Source: Nitrosopumilus sp. (lineage in GTDB: Archaea; Thermoproteota; Nitrososphaeria; Nitrososphaerales; Nitrosopumilaceae). From it: a stretch of DNA of 64,000 bases. The notes beneath the pieces are model-generated. The model saw only the letters and a program-made list of their open reading frames with translations, made no database searches and had not been told where the DNA came from. Both the position numbers and the translations under genes were made by a program. Each line of letters begins with the position of its first letter. Within the stretch, counting starts at the first letter, position 1. The stretch covers positions 608,001 to 672,000 of the forward strand of contig OZ242220.1 in assembly GCA_965206745.1 (NCBI GenBank). Direction: 5' to 3'. Shown here piece by piece: positions 1 to 10,678 of the stretch.

Positions 1-17
1 CCAAGACGTCTAGAGAT

Positions 18-701
18 ATGTCCGATGTACTGCTTGTGCAAAATACTCGGACTGAGGGCTCTGGATATCTGGGGACTCTCTTGGAGAGGGACGGATTTGA
101 GATAACCTCTGTAAATGCAAAGCATGAGAAGCTGCCAGAGAAGGATTTTTCACTGGTAGTTGTCCTGGGCGCACCTGAGAGTGCAAATGACCAGCTAGAC
201 TATCTGATGGCAGAGCAGGAACTGATTAGAAACTCTGTGGAAAAAGATATTCCCGTACTTGGAATCTGCCTGGGCTCGCAGCTAATTGCCAAGACATTTG
301 GTGCCAGAGTGTACGGCGGGCAAAGAAAGGAGATTGGATTCTATCATGACTTGAAAATAGATAGTACCTCTCTGCTTTTTTCTGGATTTGAGAACCCCTT
401 TACGGTATTTCATTGGCATGGTGACACCTTTGATCTTCCGGATGGTTCTGTCAGATTGGCCTCATCTGAGCATTATCCAAATCAGGCATTTCAATACAAG
501 AGTGCAGTGGGCCTGCAGTTTCATCTCGAAGTCGATGAGGGGATGGTTAACCTGTGGCTTGATAATGCGGAGGAACAATTGCAAGAGATGCCATATATGG
601 ATCCGAGGAAGATCCGTTTGGAGATTCTCAAAAATATCCCGACTGTAAAATCCAACATGGATGTCTTTTACAATAACTTCAAATCTTTATTCCACCTTTG
701 A
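18..701 (+). CDS. Type 1 glutamine amidotransferase (GMP synthase-like)
   Basis: GICLGSQ nucleophile elbow, HWHGDTF, QFHLE His-Glu of the triad. Confidence 0.9.
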   Translation: MSDVLLVQNTRTEGSGYLGTLLERDGFEITSVNAKHEKLPEKDFSLVVVLGAPESANDQLDYLMAEQELIRNSVEKDIPVLGICLGSQLIAKTFGARVYGGQRKEIGFYHDLKIDSTSLLFSGFENPFTVFHWHGDTFDLPDGSVRLASSEHYPNQAFQYKSAVGLQFHLEVDEGMVNLWLDNAEEQLQEMPYMDPRKIRLEILKNIPTVKSNMDVFYNNFKSLFHL

Positions 702-743
702 CCAAAGTTTAATATAGTTAATTCTAATCTCACCGATCGAGCG

Positions 744-2861
744 ATGGTTGCTGTTAAGAAAATTTTTGAAGAAATTATTCAGACAGATCACAAGGTCATT
801 ACCGAGGAATCATCAAAATCCATTCTCAAGACCTACGGGGTCAAGGTTCCGCCATATGCCCTTGCCACTTCTGCAGCAGAGGCAGTAAGGGCGGCAAAAA
901 AGATCGGATTTCCCCTTGTCATGAAGGTCGTATCACCGCAGATCCTGCACAAGACTGACGTCGGCGGGGTCAAAGTCGGAATAGACAATCTCAATGACGT
1001 AAAAAAGACATTTGATGACATGCATGGCCGCCTCTCCAAAAAAAAGGGCGTTACAGTCAAGGGAATTCTTTTGGAGAAGATGGTTCCAAAAGGCGTTGAA
1101 CTCATAGTTGGAATTCAAAATGATCCCCAGTTTGGCCCCATGATCATGGCCGGATTAGGAGGCGTGATGACTGAGATATTCAAGGACGTTGCATTTAGGA
1201 TGCTGCCAATTACCACATCTGATGCAAAATCCATGATAAACGAACTCAAGGGCTCAAAGCTTCTCAAGGGTTTTCGAGGCAGTAAGCCAATTGATCTTAA
1301 CATGGTGGCAAAAATGTTGGTCCAAATAGGAAAACTAGGCGTAGAGAATGCCGATTACATTAACAGCATCGACTTTAACCCAGTCGTCGTTTATCCAAAA
1401 TCCCACTTTGTAGTGGACGCAAAAATCATTCTAAACAAATCCCTAAAAAAGAACTCTATCTCAAAGGCAAAGCCTGTCATTGCCTCAATGGAGTCATTCT
1501 TTACCCCAAAGTCAGTCGCACTAGTTGGCGCATCAGCAACACCGGGCAAGATTGGCAACTCTGTGTTGGATGCACTTGGAAAGCAGGATTACAAGGGCAA
1601 GGTATATCCGATTAATCCCAAACAAAAGTCAATTCTTGGAATCAAGTGCTATCCTTCCCTTGATGCAATACCTGCAAAGGTTGATCTGGTAGTTGTCTGC
1701 ATCGACCTCTCAATGTGCGGACCGATCATGGAGACCTGTGCCAAGAAGGGAATCCACAACGTTGTAATTGTATCGGGTGGTGGAAAGGAGCTTGGTGGCG
1801 ATAGGGCCGCCATGGAAGCTAAAGTAAAGGAACTGTCTCTAAAGCACAAGATTCGCGTAATCGGTCCCAACTGCATCGGAATGTTCAATGCCGCAAACAG
1901 GCTTGACTGCGCATTCCAGGGACAGGAGAGAATGGTACGCTCAAAACTCGGACACGTTGCATTCTTTTCACAAAGTGGGACCATGGGAATCAGCATGTTG
2001 GAGAGTGCTGATCTGTTTGGTCTCTCAAAGATGATCAGCTTTGGCAACCGTTCTGACGTTGATGAGGCAGACATGATATGGTATGCTGCAAATGATCCTC
2101 AAACCAAAGTCATCGGACTGTACGTTGAAGGGTTCGGCGATGGCAGAAAGTTCATCAATACTGCAAAGCGTGTAATGAATGAGAAGAAAAAACCGATCGT
2201 TATTTGGAAGAGTGGAAGAACTGCCGCAGGTGCAAAACAGGCCGCATCACACACAGGTTCGCTTGGCGGCTCAAATGCCATGATTATGGGTGCATTCAAG
2301 CAGGCAGGAATTATCTCAGTTGACAGTTATCAGGAACTAGTGGGCGTTCTCAAGGCACTGGCATGGCAGCCCCCTGCAAGGGGTAACAATGTTGCCATGA
2401 CCAGCAATGGCGCCGGTCCGATGATTGGCGGAATTGATCAGTTGGAACGATTGGGCCTTGCAATAGGAAAACTCTCACCGCAAGTCATCAAAAAGATAAA
2501 GTCACACTTTCCAGACACCGTCCCGATTCATAACGGCAATCCTGCAGATGTGGGCGGTGGCGCAACTGCCGATGACTATCGGTTTGTAATAGAGCAGTTC
2601 CTATCTGAGAAGAACATTGACATTGCCATGCCGTGGTTCGTATTTCAGGATGACCCACTTGAGGAAAAGATTGTAGATTATCTGGCTGTCCTCTCAAAGA
2701 AGAAGAAAAAGCCCATTCTTGTCGGCGGCAACGGTGGCCCATACACTGAAAAGATGATAAAACGAATCGAGGGACACAATGTTCCAGTCTACCAAGATCT
2801 TCGAACATGGGTTGCAGCCGCATCTGCACTGGCCCAATGGGGCAAGGTTCTGGGAAAATAG
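744..2861 (+). CDS. ADP-forming acyl-CoA synthetase, probably 3-hydroxypropionyl-CoA synthetase of the thaumarchaeal 3HP/4HB cycle
   Basis: N-terminal ATP-grasp (HKTDVGGV), CoA-binding domain ([16 protein letters not shown]), phospho-His motif SHTGSL; 705 aa next to a crotonase, as for Nmar_1309/1308. Confidence 0.85.
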   Translation: MVAVKKIFEEIIQTDHKVITEESSKSILKTYGVKVPPYALATSAAEAVRAAKKIGFPLVMKVVSPQILHKTDVGGVKVGIDNLNDVKKTFDDMHGRLSKKKGVTVKGILLEKMVPKGVELIVGIQNDPQFGPMIMAGLGGVMTEIFKDVAFRMLPITTSDAKSMINELKGSKLLKGFRGSKPIDLNMVAKMLVQIGKLGVENADYINSIDFNPVVVYPKSHFVVDAKIILNKSLKKNSISKAKPVIASMESFFTPKSVALVGASATPGKIGNSVLDALGKQDYKGKVYPINPKQKSILGIKCYPSLDAIPAKVDLVVVCIDLSMCGPIMETCAKKGIHNVVIVSGGGKELGGDRAAMEAKVKELSLKHKIRVIGPNCIGMFNAANRLDCAFQGQERMVRSKLGHVAFFSQSGTMGISMLESADLFGLSKMISFGNRSDVDEADMIWYAANDPQTKVIGLYVEGFGDGRKFINTAKRVMNEKKKPIVIWKSGRTAAGAKQAASHTGSLGGSNAMIMGAFKQAGIISVDSYQELVGVLKALAWQPPARGNNVAMTSNGAGPMIGGIDQLERLGLAIGKLSPQVIKKIKSHFPDTVPIHNGNPADVGGGATADDYRFVIEQFLSEKNIDIAMPWFVFQDDPLEEKIVDYLAVLSKKKKKPILVGGNGGPYTEKMIKRIEGHNVPVYQDLRTWVAAASALAQWGKVLGK

Positions 2862-3659
<798 letters not shown>

Positions 3660-3950
3660 CCATCTCAATCTCTCTCTTATTTTATCCTGATTGCAAATCT
3701 GTGCACATCTAACTGTCGTACCTTGAAAACAGTTCTTGGATCCGGGCGTTCTGTCTTGTGCCAAGCCTGATGGTTTTTAGGAATTCACTCTGATAAATGC
3801 ATGTCATGGCACCTGATGGATGTTGCTTGTTTTCAGGAAACAAATGTACCTGCCTTGAAATCCAAAACCAACGATTCGATGAAAACAAAAATCCGATGAT
3901 ATCTTGCAATTATCCCAGAATATGTCTGATTTCTTTGGTTTTGATGGTTT

Positions 3951-3963
3951 CTAGGCAACCTAG
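3951..3963. promoter_or_regulatory. CTAGG-caa-CCTAG inverted repeat just upstream of the TATA-like box of the Fe-S carrier gene
   Basis: Palindrome followed by aaagattattataat, with the ATG at 4008. Confidence 0.35.
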
Positions 3964-4007
3964 GAGGGAAAAGATTATTATAATTTGAATTGTTATTTTG
4001 ATTCATA

Positions 4008-4358
4008 ATGGCAACTGAGCAAACACAAAAGATGGTAACAGTTACCGCAAAAGCAGCTGAAAAAATTCATGAATTCATGAAAGAGGAAGCAGAATCACCT
4101 GAATATCTTAGAGTATATGTTCAGGGTGGTGGTTGTTCTGGCCTATCTTATGGAATGGGATTTGAGAAGGCACCAGAAGAAGATGACATTGTCTTGGAAG
4201 AGAATGGCGTCAAGCTTCTAGTTGACAGCTATAGCGTGGACCATCTACAAGGTGCAAATGTAGACTATATTGAAAGCCTAATGGGCTCTGGATTCAAGAT
4301 TAACAATCCAAATGTTACAAAATCCTGTTCATGCGGTCACTCATTTAGTACCGAATAG
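4008..4358 (+). CDS. A-type Fe-S cluster carrier (IscA/SufA/HesB family)
   Basis: GGGCSGLSY and CSCGHSF motifs. Confidence 0.93.
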   Translation: MATEQTQKMVTVTAKAAEKIHEFMKEEAESPEYLRVYVQGGGCSGLSYGMGFEKAPEEDDIVLEENGVKLLVDSYSVDHLQGANVDYIESLMGSGFKINNPNVTKSCSCGHSFSTE

Positions 4359-4515
4359 ACTGAATACCCTTATTCTCATTTTTAGATCTTCCCCCAGCAT
4401 CTGCTATATTCGGCATTTTTTTCAAAGATCCCATATTTTTAAGACCTTTTTTGCGATACCCTCATATATCGCAGGTAGTGACTCAAATCATGATAATAAA
4501 GGAGATGAATAGTTT

Positions 4516-5658
4516 ATGCCTCAATCAGGAATTGTCAAGTATCATGTTAAACTTTCCTATGAAGTCGATGGACTCGTTGAAAGAGCAGATATAATCGGGG
4601 CCATCTTTGGCCAAACAGAAGGACTGTTGGGCCCTGAGATGAATCTGAATGAACTGCAACGACTTTCCAAGGTAGGTCGCATTGAGGTCAACGCAAAATC
4701 CACTTCCAACACCACCAACGGTGACGCACTAATCCCAATGAGCACTGACATTGATACCTGTGCACTGATTGCTGCTGGAATTGAGAGTATCGACAAGGTA
4801 GGTCCGTTTGATTGCAAATTCAAGTTGGCGACCATTGATGATGTGCGAGCTGCAAAGAAGGATGACATCGTAAAACGCGCAAAGGAGATCAAGCAGAGAT
4901 GGGCGACCAAAACTGTCAGTGAGGGGGAAACAATGCTAAATGATGTACATCAGGGCGACCTTGGAAAGATATCGACATATGGGCCATCAAAGTTAACGTG
5001 CAGTTCAGGCGTGTTTGATTCTAGTTGGATAATTCTAGTCGAAGGCAGAGCTGATGTAATCAATCTTCTAAGGGCAGGATATGACAACGTACTTGCAATT
5101 GAAGGTGCAAAGATTGACGAATCCATTAAAGAACTGTGTGATAAAAAAGATGTTGTTGTAGCGTTCCTTGACGGTGACAGATCAGGAGGGTTCATTCTCA
5201 AGGAACTAAAGTCTATTGTCACTCTGGACTACGAGCTCCAGGCAGACAATGGCGTTGAAGTTGAAGAGCTGACCCCGACAAGGATTGATGAGATTCTAAG
5301 ACCGATTGCCGATGAGATCAGGGACGGAAAGCCCGCACCTGAACTAAAAAGTGAGGATGACAAACCTGTTGCAGAGGTGGCATCCAAGGTGTTTCCAAAT
5401 CTCAACGAGACACTTGAAGCAGTCGCACTAGACGGTGATCAAAACGAGGTCTTCAAGGTTCCAATCAGCGAGGTCGTCAGCAAGCTATCCTCGCAATCCG
5501 GAATAAAGTATCTTCTGCTTGACGGAATCATAACTCAGAGACTCTTAGAAGGCGCCAAGAACGCCGGCGTTGAGTGCGTAATTGGGCACAGGATTGCAAA
5601 ATTATCAAACTCTGAGGGAATGACACTCAAAACATTCGGTGATTTAGGCGTATCTTAG
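4516..5658 (+). CDS. dnaG: Archaeal DnaG-type protein (exosome-associated)
   Basis: GAIFGQTEGLLG, TOPRIM VEGRADV and FLDGDRSG. Confidence 0.95.
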   Translation: MPQSGIVKYHVKLSYEVDGLVERADIIGAIFGQTEGLLGPEMNLNELQRLSKVGRIEVNAKSTSNTTNGDALIPMSTDIDTCALIAAGIESIDKVGPFDCKFKLATIDDVRAAKKDDIVKRAKEIKQRWATKTVSEGETMLNDVHQGDLGKISTYGPSKLTCSSGVFDSSWIILVEGRADVINLLRAGYDNVLAIEGAKIDESIKELCDKKDVVVAFLDGDRSGGFILKELKSIVTLDYELQADNGVEVEELTPTRIDEILRPIADEIRDGKPAPELKSEDDKPVAEVASKVFPNLNETLEAVALDGDQNEVFKVPISEVVSKLSSQSGIKYLLLDGIITQRLLEGAKNAGVECVIGHRIAKLSNSEGMTLKTFGDLGVS

Positions 5659-5663
5659 GATAT

Positions 5664-6347
5664 ATGACTGAACTGAAGATTCAGCACATCCTAACCCTCT
5701 CGTATCTGCTCTCCAAGGGTGCAAGGTACAACTATGTTTCCGTTACCACCTCCTCGCTTGGAAGGGGCATCAAAAAATCCCAGCAGGCAGCATCAAAACA
5801 TCTGGTGGATTTGGAACAAAACCAGTTCATTGAAAGAATAATTAGCGGGCGAAACATCTCTGTTCGAATCACTCCAAAGGGGTATTCTGAAATGGTAAAA
5901 CTGTCAGTCATATTGGAGAAGAGCCTTGATTCCCTGCCTTCCCACGTTGAACTGAAAGGCACGATAGTTTCTGGAATGGGCGAGGGCGCATACTATATGG
6001 GGCTGAAGGGATACACAAGGCAGTTCCAATCAAAGATTGGGTATGTTCCGTATCCTGGCACCCTCAATGTCCGGCTTGACCAAAAAATCCATCAGGAGGC
6101 AATCAGGCAGTTTGAGACCCTTGATGGTGTGAAGATAAAGAGCTTTTCAGATGGAAAGAGGACATATGGCTGGGTCAAGTGCTTTACTGCCCGGCTCAAC
6201 AACTCTGCAAGCTGCGAGTTGATCATCCTGGAGCGAACACACCATGACGATTCAATCATCGAGCTAATCGCAAAATCCTGCCTGAGAAGGACTGCAAAAC
6301 TAAAAGACGGTTCCAAAATATCAATTAGGATCCCAATAGACTCCTAA
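5664..6347 (+). CDS. ribK: CTP-dependent riboflavin kinase with N-terminal wHTH
   Basis: SQQAASKHL helix; SGMGEGAYY and PYPGTLN. Confidence 0.92.
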   Translation: MTELKIQHILTLSYLLSKGARYNYVSVTTSSLGRGIKKSQQAASKHLVDLEQNQFIERIISGRNISVRITPKGYSEMVKLSVILEKSLDSLPSHVELKGTIVSGMGEGAYYMGLKGYTRQFQSKIGYVPYPGTLNVRLDQKIHQEAIRQFETLDGVKIKSFSDGKRTYGWVKCFTARLNNSASCELIILERTHHDDSIIELIAKSCLRRTAKLKDGSKISIRIPIDS

Positions 6348-6961
6348 ATCCCGTGGATGGATTCCCCGTACTCTTTTTGGATCTTGGAGCTGGAGCTTTC
6401 AGGTATTGGCGACTGCAGTCTTGCAACCCTTGCATCAAGCTTGATCTTTTTACATCCCTCTGTGATGGACTTTTCCTGGTGAATCTGATCATAGCCTAGC
6501 GCAATAATTTGCGGCCTGACACGGTTTACCGTCTTGAATATGTCGCCTTCCTGCCCGATCAGGCAAAGGTCTACAGTTGATAGCGAGTTGACCATCTCTT
6601 GTCTTTGCATCTGTGAGTGAAGCGGTCTTCTCTTCTTCATCTTTACTGCCGTATTGTCAGTTGCAACCACTACGACTAGAACGTCCCCTAATTTTTTTGC
6701 GGCATTTAACGTGTGGATGTGTCCCGGGTGAATAATGTCAAAAACCCCGCCTGCCAAAACCACGCATAATGAGTCTCGCCCCGTCTCTGTAAGGGTACTC
6801 CTATCCTCATTTACAAGCTGGTTTTTTACTAGCTTGTCAATCCTTGAATTGATTGCATCTTCGGGGAGCATCGTCTTTTCCTTGAGTGCGTCAAGTACAT
6901 CTCTTTTCTGAATCTGGCACACATAGATGATGGAGAGCACGGCCCTTTCACTTTGTTCCAA
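6344..6961 (-). CDS. ribL: Cytidylyltransferase-family FAD synthase
   Basis: GGVFDIIHPGH (HxGH), ALGYDQ; convergent with ribK. Confidence 0.75.
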   Translation of the reverse strand: MEQSERAVLSIIYVCQIQKRDVLDALKEKTMLPEDAINSRIDKLVKNQLVNEDRSTLTETGRDSLCVVLAGGVFDIIHPGHIHTLNAAKKLGDVLVVVVATDNTAVKMKKRRPLHSQMQRQEMVNSLSTVDLCLIGQEGDIFKTVNRVRPQIIALGYDQIHQEKSITEGCKKIKLDARVARLQSPIPESSSSKIQKEYGESIHGI

Positions 6962-7005
6962 CGCTTCCTACACCCCTGACCCTCTCTTTAATTCATCGCT
7001 AAAGA

Positions 7006-8043
7006 TTACATCTTTGGATCAAGGCCTTTTGCCAGCCTTAGTGCATCAATTAGGCCGTCTGCATACCCTATGCTCAGAACTGCCACCTCGTCCTGACCGT
7101 CCTCAAGAAATTTTTCGGCATCTCTGATATACAACTCTGCATTCTCCAAAATCACCTGAAACTCTTTTTGGCCCTTGTACAGCGGCTCTACCTCCTCTAG
7201 CGCCTCTCTGATCATTGGGACATACTTTTTCATCATCTGAACGGAGATGCTCTCAGTCCTTCCTGTATTGTCAAATGGTTCATCAATGCACCTGCCAAAC
7301 AGTCTCAGTGCGTCTGATTCTGTAAAGTGCAATCTGCCAGGAATGATTACCGTGTGCGGGGGCTTGCCAAAGTCAGTCCCTGCCAGGCTGGATATTTTGC
7401 CCGATATGATGCTCTGATCTTTTAATCCTATCCTTGATGCAACAATGGCATATGTTGATGTGCCGATGACGTTTCTTCTCTGCCCCTTCTCTGTCTCCAG
7501 TAGCCCATTTAGCGCATCCTTTGGATCCAGGAAAAAGTCTTTGTCCTGGTTGTATTCTAGGAGAAGCACAGTGTGGTTTCCCTCGATGATATTTTTGTAC
7601 ACCACATAGTATGGCGTTGTCAGGGACTTCATCTCGCTCATTATCGTTGCAACTCTTCCCATCTTGTAGAAATGCAGGCCGCATTCGCCTATCATTGAAG
7701 TAATTGATGAGGATGCATGAATGGACCGGGTCTTTATCCCCTCTTGGATTGCCCTTGCTCTCAACTCGATGTGGGTCGTTGCAATGTAGGGATCCCCGTA
7801 TGCTAGCAGGACCGTCTTTTTTTTCTTTGCATTTTTTAAAATCTCACTGCCGTCCTCCACCAGCCATCTCTTTGCAAGCCTGAACTCCCCGTCTGTCGCT
7901 TTTTTGATCTTGACCAGGTCTGATTCTCCTATCGGACTGGTAAACTGCTCTAGATAAACAATATCTGCCTCTGATAAGAGTTCCAGTGCTTGACTGGGAA
8001 TTGACTTGAATCCCGAAATACCCAACCCGACAAACCACAGCAT
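7006..8043 (-). CDS. dph5: Diphthine synthase with C-terminal DUF357-like extension
   Basis: MLWFVGLG, GDPYIATTH, GLHFYKMG, DFGKPPHTVIIPG; tail SIGYADGLIDALR. Confidence 0.92.
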   Translation of the reverse strand: MLWFVGLGISGFKSIPSQALELLSEADIVYLEQFTSPIGESDLVKIKKATDGEFRLAKRWLVEDGSEILKNAKKKKTVLLAYGDPYIATTHIELRARAIQEGIKTRSIHASSSITSMIGECGLHFYKMGRVATIMSEMKSLTTPYYVVYKNIIEGNHTVLLLEYNQDKDFFLDPKDALNGLLETEKGQRRNVIGTSTYAIVASRIGLKDQSIISGKISSLAGTDFGKPPHTVIIPGRLHFTESDALRLFGRCIDEPFDNTGRTESISVQMMKKYVPMIREALEEVEPLYKGQKEFQVILENAELYIRDAEKFLEDGQDEVAVLSIGYADGLIDALRLAKGLDPKM

Positions 8044-9170
8044 TACTGTGTCTTTTTATCATGAAGTCTTTTTAAATGCTGTAGGGTCTTTTTGAGGATC
8101 TCTATGCCTCTGAGATATTCGTCCACTGAGACTTTCTCATCAATTGTATGGGCCTCGTGAGGATCCCCAGGACCGTACGTGACTACCGGTATCTTCCACT
8201 GGTTTCCAAGGACGTTCATGTCCCCGGTACCCGTCTTTCTAATTAGGGTGGGCCTTGAATGCTCAGTCTCGATAACTCCAAGTGTAAATGCCCTGACTAG
8301 CGGTGAACTGTGAGGTGCCTCAAACGGCTCTGTTTCATCAAGAATCGAATAAAATGCCTCCACCTTTCTCTCCTGGGAGATCTCCTTGACAAGTGTGGAG
8401 ATTTTCTGCTCAATGGATTTGCAATTCATGTCTACGGGAATTCTGATATCAAAGGTTGTCTCACATTCCTTTGGGGTGACATTGTGGCTTGTTCCTCCCC
8501 TTATCTCTGTTACAGTTGCAGTAAGTAGCATCCCCTTTGTCTTTCCCTCCTGATCTGCCTCCAGCTTTTCTTTGAGTTCCCTTGCAAAGATCGTTGATTC
8601 TATGATTGCATTCTTTGACAACCACGGGGCGCTTGCATGGGAGCTGTCCTCGACGCTGATCCTCAGATTGATTGCCAGTCTTCCCTTGTATGCGATGGTC
8701 ACCTGCTTGATTCCGCTTGGCTCGCCAAAGATCGCATAGTCTATGTCCATCTTCTTCTTGACTATGTTCTTGATTCCAGTCGCGTTTCCTTCTTCATCCA
8801 CTGCCCCGACAAAAATTATTGTCCCGTTGTTGTTCTGGACTGACGCTGCTGCAAACAGCATTGCCATCAATGGCGCCTTTGCATCTGATGCGCCTCTGCC
8901 GTAAAGCGAGTCCCCCTCCCTTCTGACCTTGACCTTGCCTGGGACCACATCCATGTGTCCGCACAGCATGATTCTTGGGGAGCCTGAGCCCTTTCTTGCT
9001 ATCATGTTTCCTACTTCGTCAATCTGGATGTCCTCAAACCCCAGGTCGTCGCATTTGTCTGCCAGGAATTCTGCCATCGGCTTTTCGCTTAGAGACGGCG
9101 TGTACATTCTCAGTGCCTTCTCTAGCATCTTTACTGCAAATCTTGGTGTCACTGTAAAATTGGTGTCCAA
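8043..9170 (-). CDS. lysK: [LysW]-lysine/[LysW]-ornithine hydrolase (M20 family)
   Basis: CGHMDVV, GRGASDAK, DEE, GEPS, YGPGD...AHT; operon with lysW and lysX. Confidence 0.88.
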   Translation of the reverse strand: MDTNFTVTPRFAVKMLEKALRMYTPSLSEKPMAEFLADKCDDLGFEDIQIDEVGNMIARKGSGSPRIMLCGHMDVVPGKVKVRREGDSLYGRGASDAKAPLMAMLFAAASVQNNNGTIIFVGAVDEEGNATGIKNIVKKKMDIDYAIFGEPSGIKQVTIAYKGRLAINLRISVEDSSHASAPWLSKNAIIESTIFARELKEKLEADQEGKTKGMLLTATVTEIRGGTSHNVTPKECETTFDIRIPVDMNCKSIEQKISTLVKEISQERKVEAFYSILDETEPFEAPHSSPLVRAFTLGVIETEHSRPTLIRKTGTGDMNVLGNQWKIPVVTYGPGDPHEAHTIDEKVSVDEYLRGIEILKKTLQHLKRLHDKKTQ

Positions 9171-9173
9171 TTC

Positions 9174-10025
9174 CTACTTTTCTATCTCCAGTGCATAGTC
9201 TAGCATTAGGGAGGGAATGTCCACGTTACACACCCTTACCGTGTTTTTGTATTCAGTAGTATTATTTACCTCGTGGACAACCAGTCCCTTCTCATCGCTT
9301 TCCATCAAATCCACGCCCACGATGTCCCCTTGAACTGCCTGCTTTGCCTTGATGCACATCTCCTCCATCTCCTCGGTGACTTTGCATGGTTCGGCTATCC
9401 CTCCGAGTGCCATGTTTGTCTTCCAGTGCTTGGAGGTTCTGTAGATTGCTGCTACTATCTTGTCTCCGACCATAATTGATCTGATGTCCCTTGGAGGCCT
9501 CTTTACAAACTCTTCCAAATAGTGAACCTGATAAATGGGATACATCTTTTCTCTGCTTTCGATGATTCCCTCTGCTGCATCCCTGTCATTTAGTTTTGAG
9601 ATAAGCCTTCCCCAACTGCCGACAGTTGGCTTGATGACTCTCGGATATCCGTGCAAGTCCAGCGACTCTAATGCCGCATCCTTTGAAAAAGCCACAGTCG
9701 CATCCGGCGTCGGCACTTTGAATTTCTTTAGCAGCATGTGTGTGAACAATTTGTTTCCGGCAAAGACTCCTGTGTTTAGGCAATTGATTACCCTGACGCC
9801 CAGTCCTTCAAGGGCCGCAGTTGAGTGCAGATTTCTATAATAGCTTACGCATCTCTGAATAACTATGCCGTAATCCTGCGGCTTTTTTTCCAAATCTATT
9901 GCCAGTTTCTTACAATCGAGCATCTGAATGTTGATGTTCTTTTTTTTACCTGCCTCTAGCAGAGCCTTTTCTTCCCAACGGATCGAATCGTAAAGAATGG
10001 TAACGTCGGGGTTCACTGTCCCCAA
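9174..10025 (-). CDS. lysX: LysW ligase LysX (RimK-like ATP-grasp)
   Basis: KPTVGSWGR, WKTNMALGG, HEVNNTTEY; the true start is probably the GTG at 10016 overlapping the lysW stop. Confidence 0.9.
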   Translation of the reverse strand: MGTVNPDVTILYDSIRWEEKALLEAGKKKNINIQMLDCKKLAIDLEKKPQDYGIVIQRCVSYYRNLHSTAALEGLGVRVINCLNTGVFAGNKLFTHMLLKKFKVPTPDATVAFSKDAALESLDLHGYPRVIKPTVGSWGRLISKLNDRDAAEGIIESREKMYPIYQVHYLEEFVKRPPRDIRSIMVGDKIVAAIYRTSKHWKTNMALGGIAEPCKVTEEMEEMCIKAKQAVQGDIVGVDLMESDEKGLVVHEVNNTTEYKNTVRVCNVDIPSLMLDYALEIEK

Positions 10026-10180
10026 TCCTCGCCAACCGTTTGGGCTGGCTTTAGATCGAAGCCGTCTGAACCTTTAGCTAATTCAAAACTTGCGCCACAT
10101 TCAGGACATGTTACGATTTCCCCTTCAAGTGCATCACTTGGTACTGAAATATCTGCATCACATTCTTCACATTTTGACAT
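10013..10180 (-). CDS. lysW: Amino-group carrier protein LysW, copy ending EDWGQ (55 aa, not in ORF track)
   Basis: Hand translation MSKCEECDADISVPSDALEGEIVTCPECGASFELAKGSDGFDLKPAQTVGEDWGQ; two CxxC motifs. Confidence 0.93.
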   Translation of the reverse strand: MSKCEECDADISVPSDALEGEIVTCPECGASFELAKGSDGFDLKPAQTVGEDWGQ

Positions 10181-10678
10181 GTCTCTTCTTCATTACGCCT
10201 TTATTTATCGTTAATTATCTTGTTGCCCCCTGCCGTGCATGTTTGGGATTGCCGGTAAACTCTTTGACTGGTGCTAGGCTGATTACTCATAATTCCGCTG
10301 ATGGGCAACTGCATGTGAAATCGGTTCCCGTCTTTGGGTTGCCCTGGTATTACTCATGGGCACTTGTGCCGGCAAGTTCGCAGTCTTGTGATTGCAGAAT
10401 CCGTCCCTTGCTCATATTCATAAATGCTGATTTCAAAGTGACTAACTTTGTGCCTTGTTTTGCCCTGAATGTGGTTTTGAGGGCTAAACGAGAATTGATA
10501 CTACTATGTGCATGCATGTCTGTCACTATTTCCACAGATGTAATGGGGGAATCATCTCTTTTTTTACTAGGCATGAATCAATACAATTGAGGATATTTTT
10601 TGTGTCTATTTTTTTTGAATATCTGTCTCTACCTGCAATTGTGTTAAATTGTTATATGTGATACTTGTTCTGTTTTTT

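Noticed and set aside
3709-3988. Short ORFs between the hydratase and Fe-S carrier genes
   Set aside because: No coding signature or motif
10090-10590. 166-aa + strand ORF and 74-aa - strand ORF
   Set aside because: The former overlaps lysW antisense; neither shows recognisable motifs
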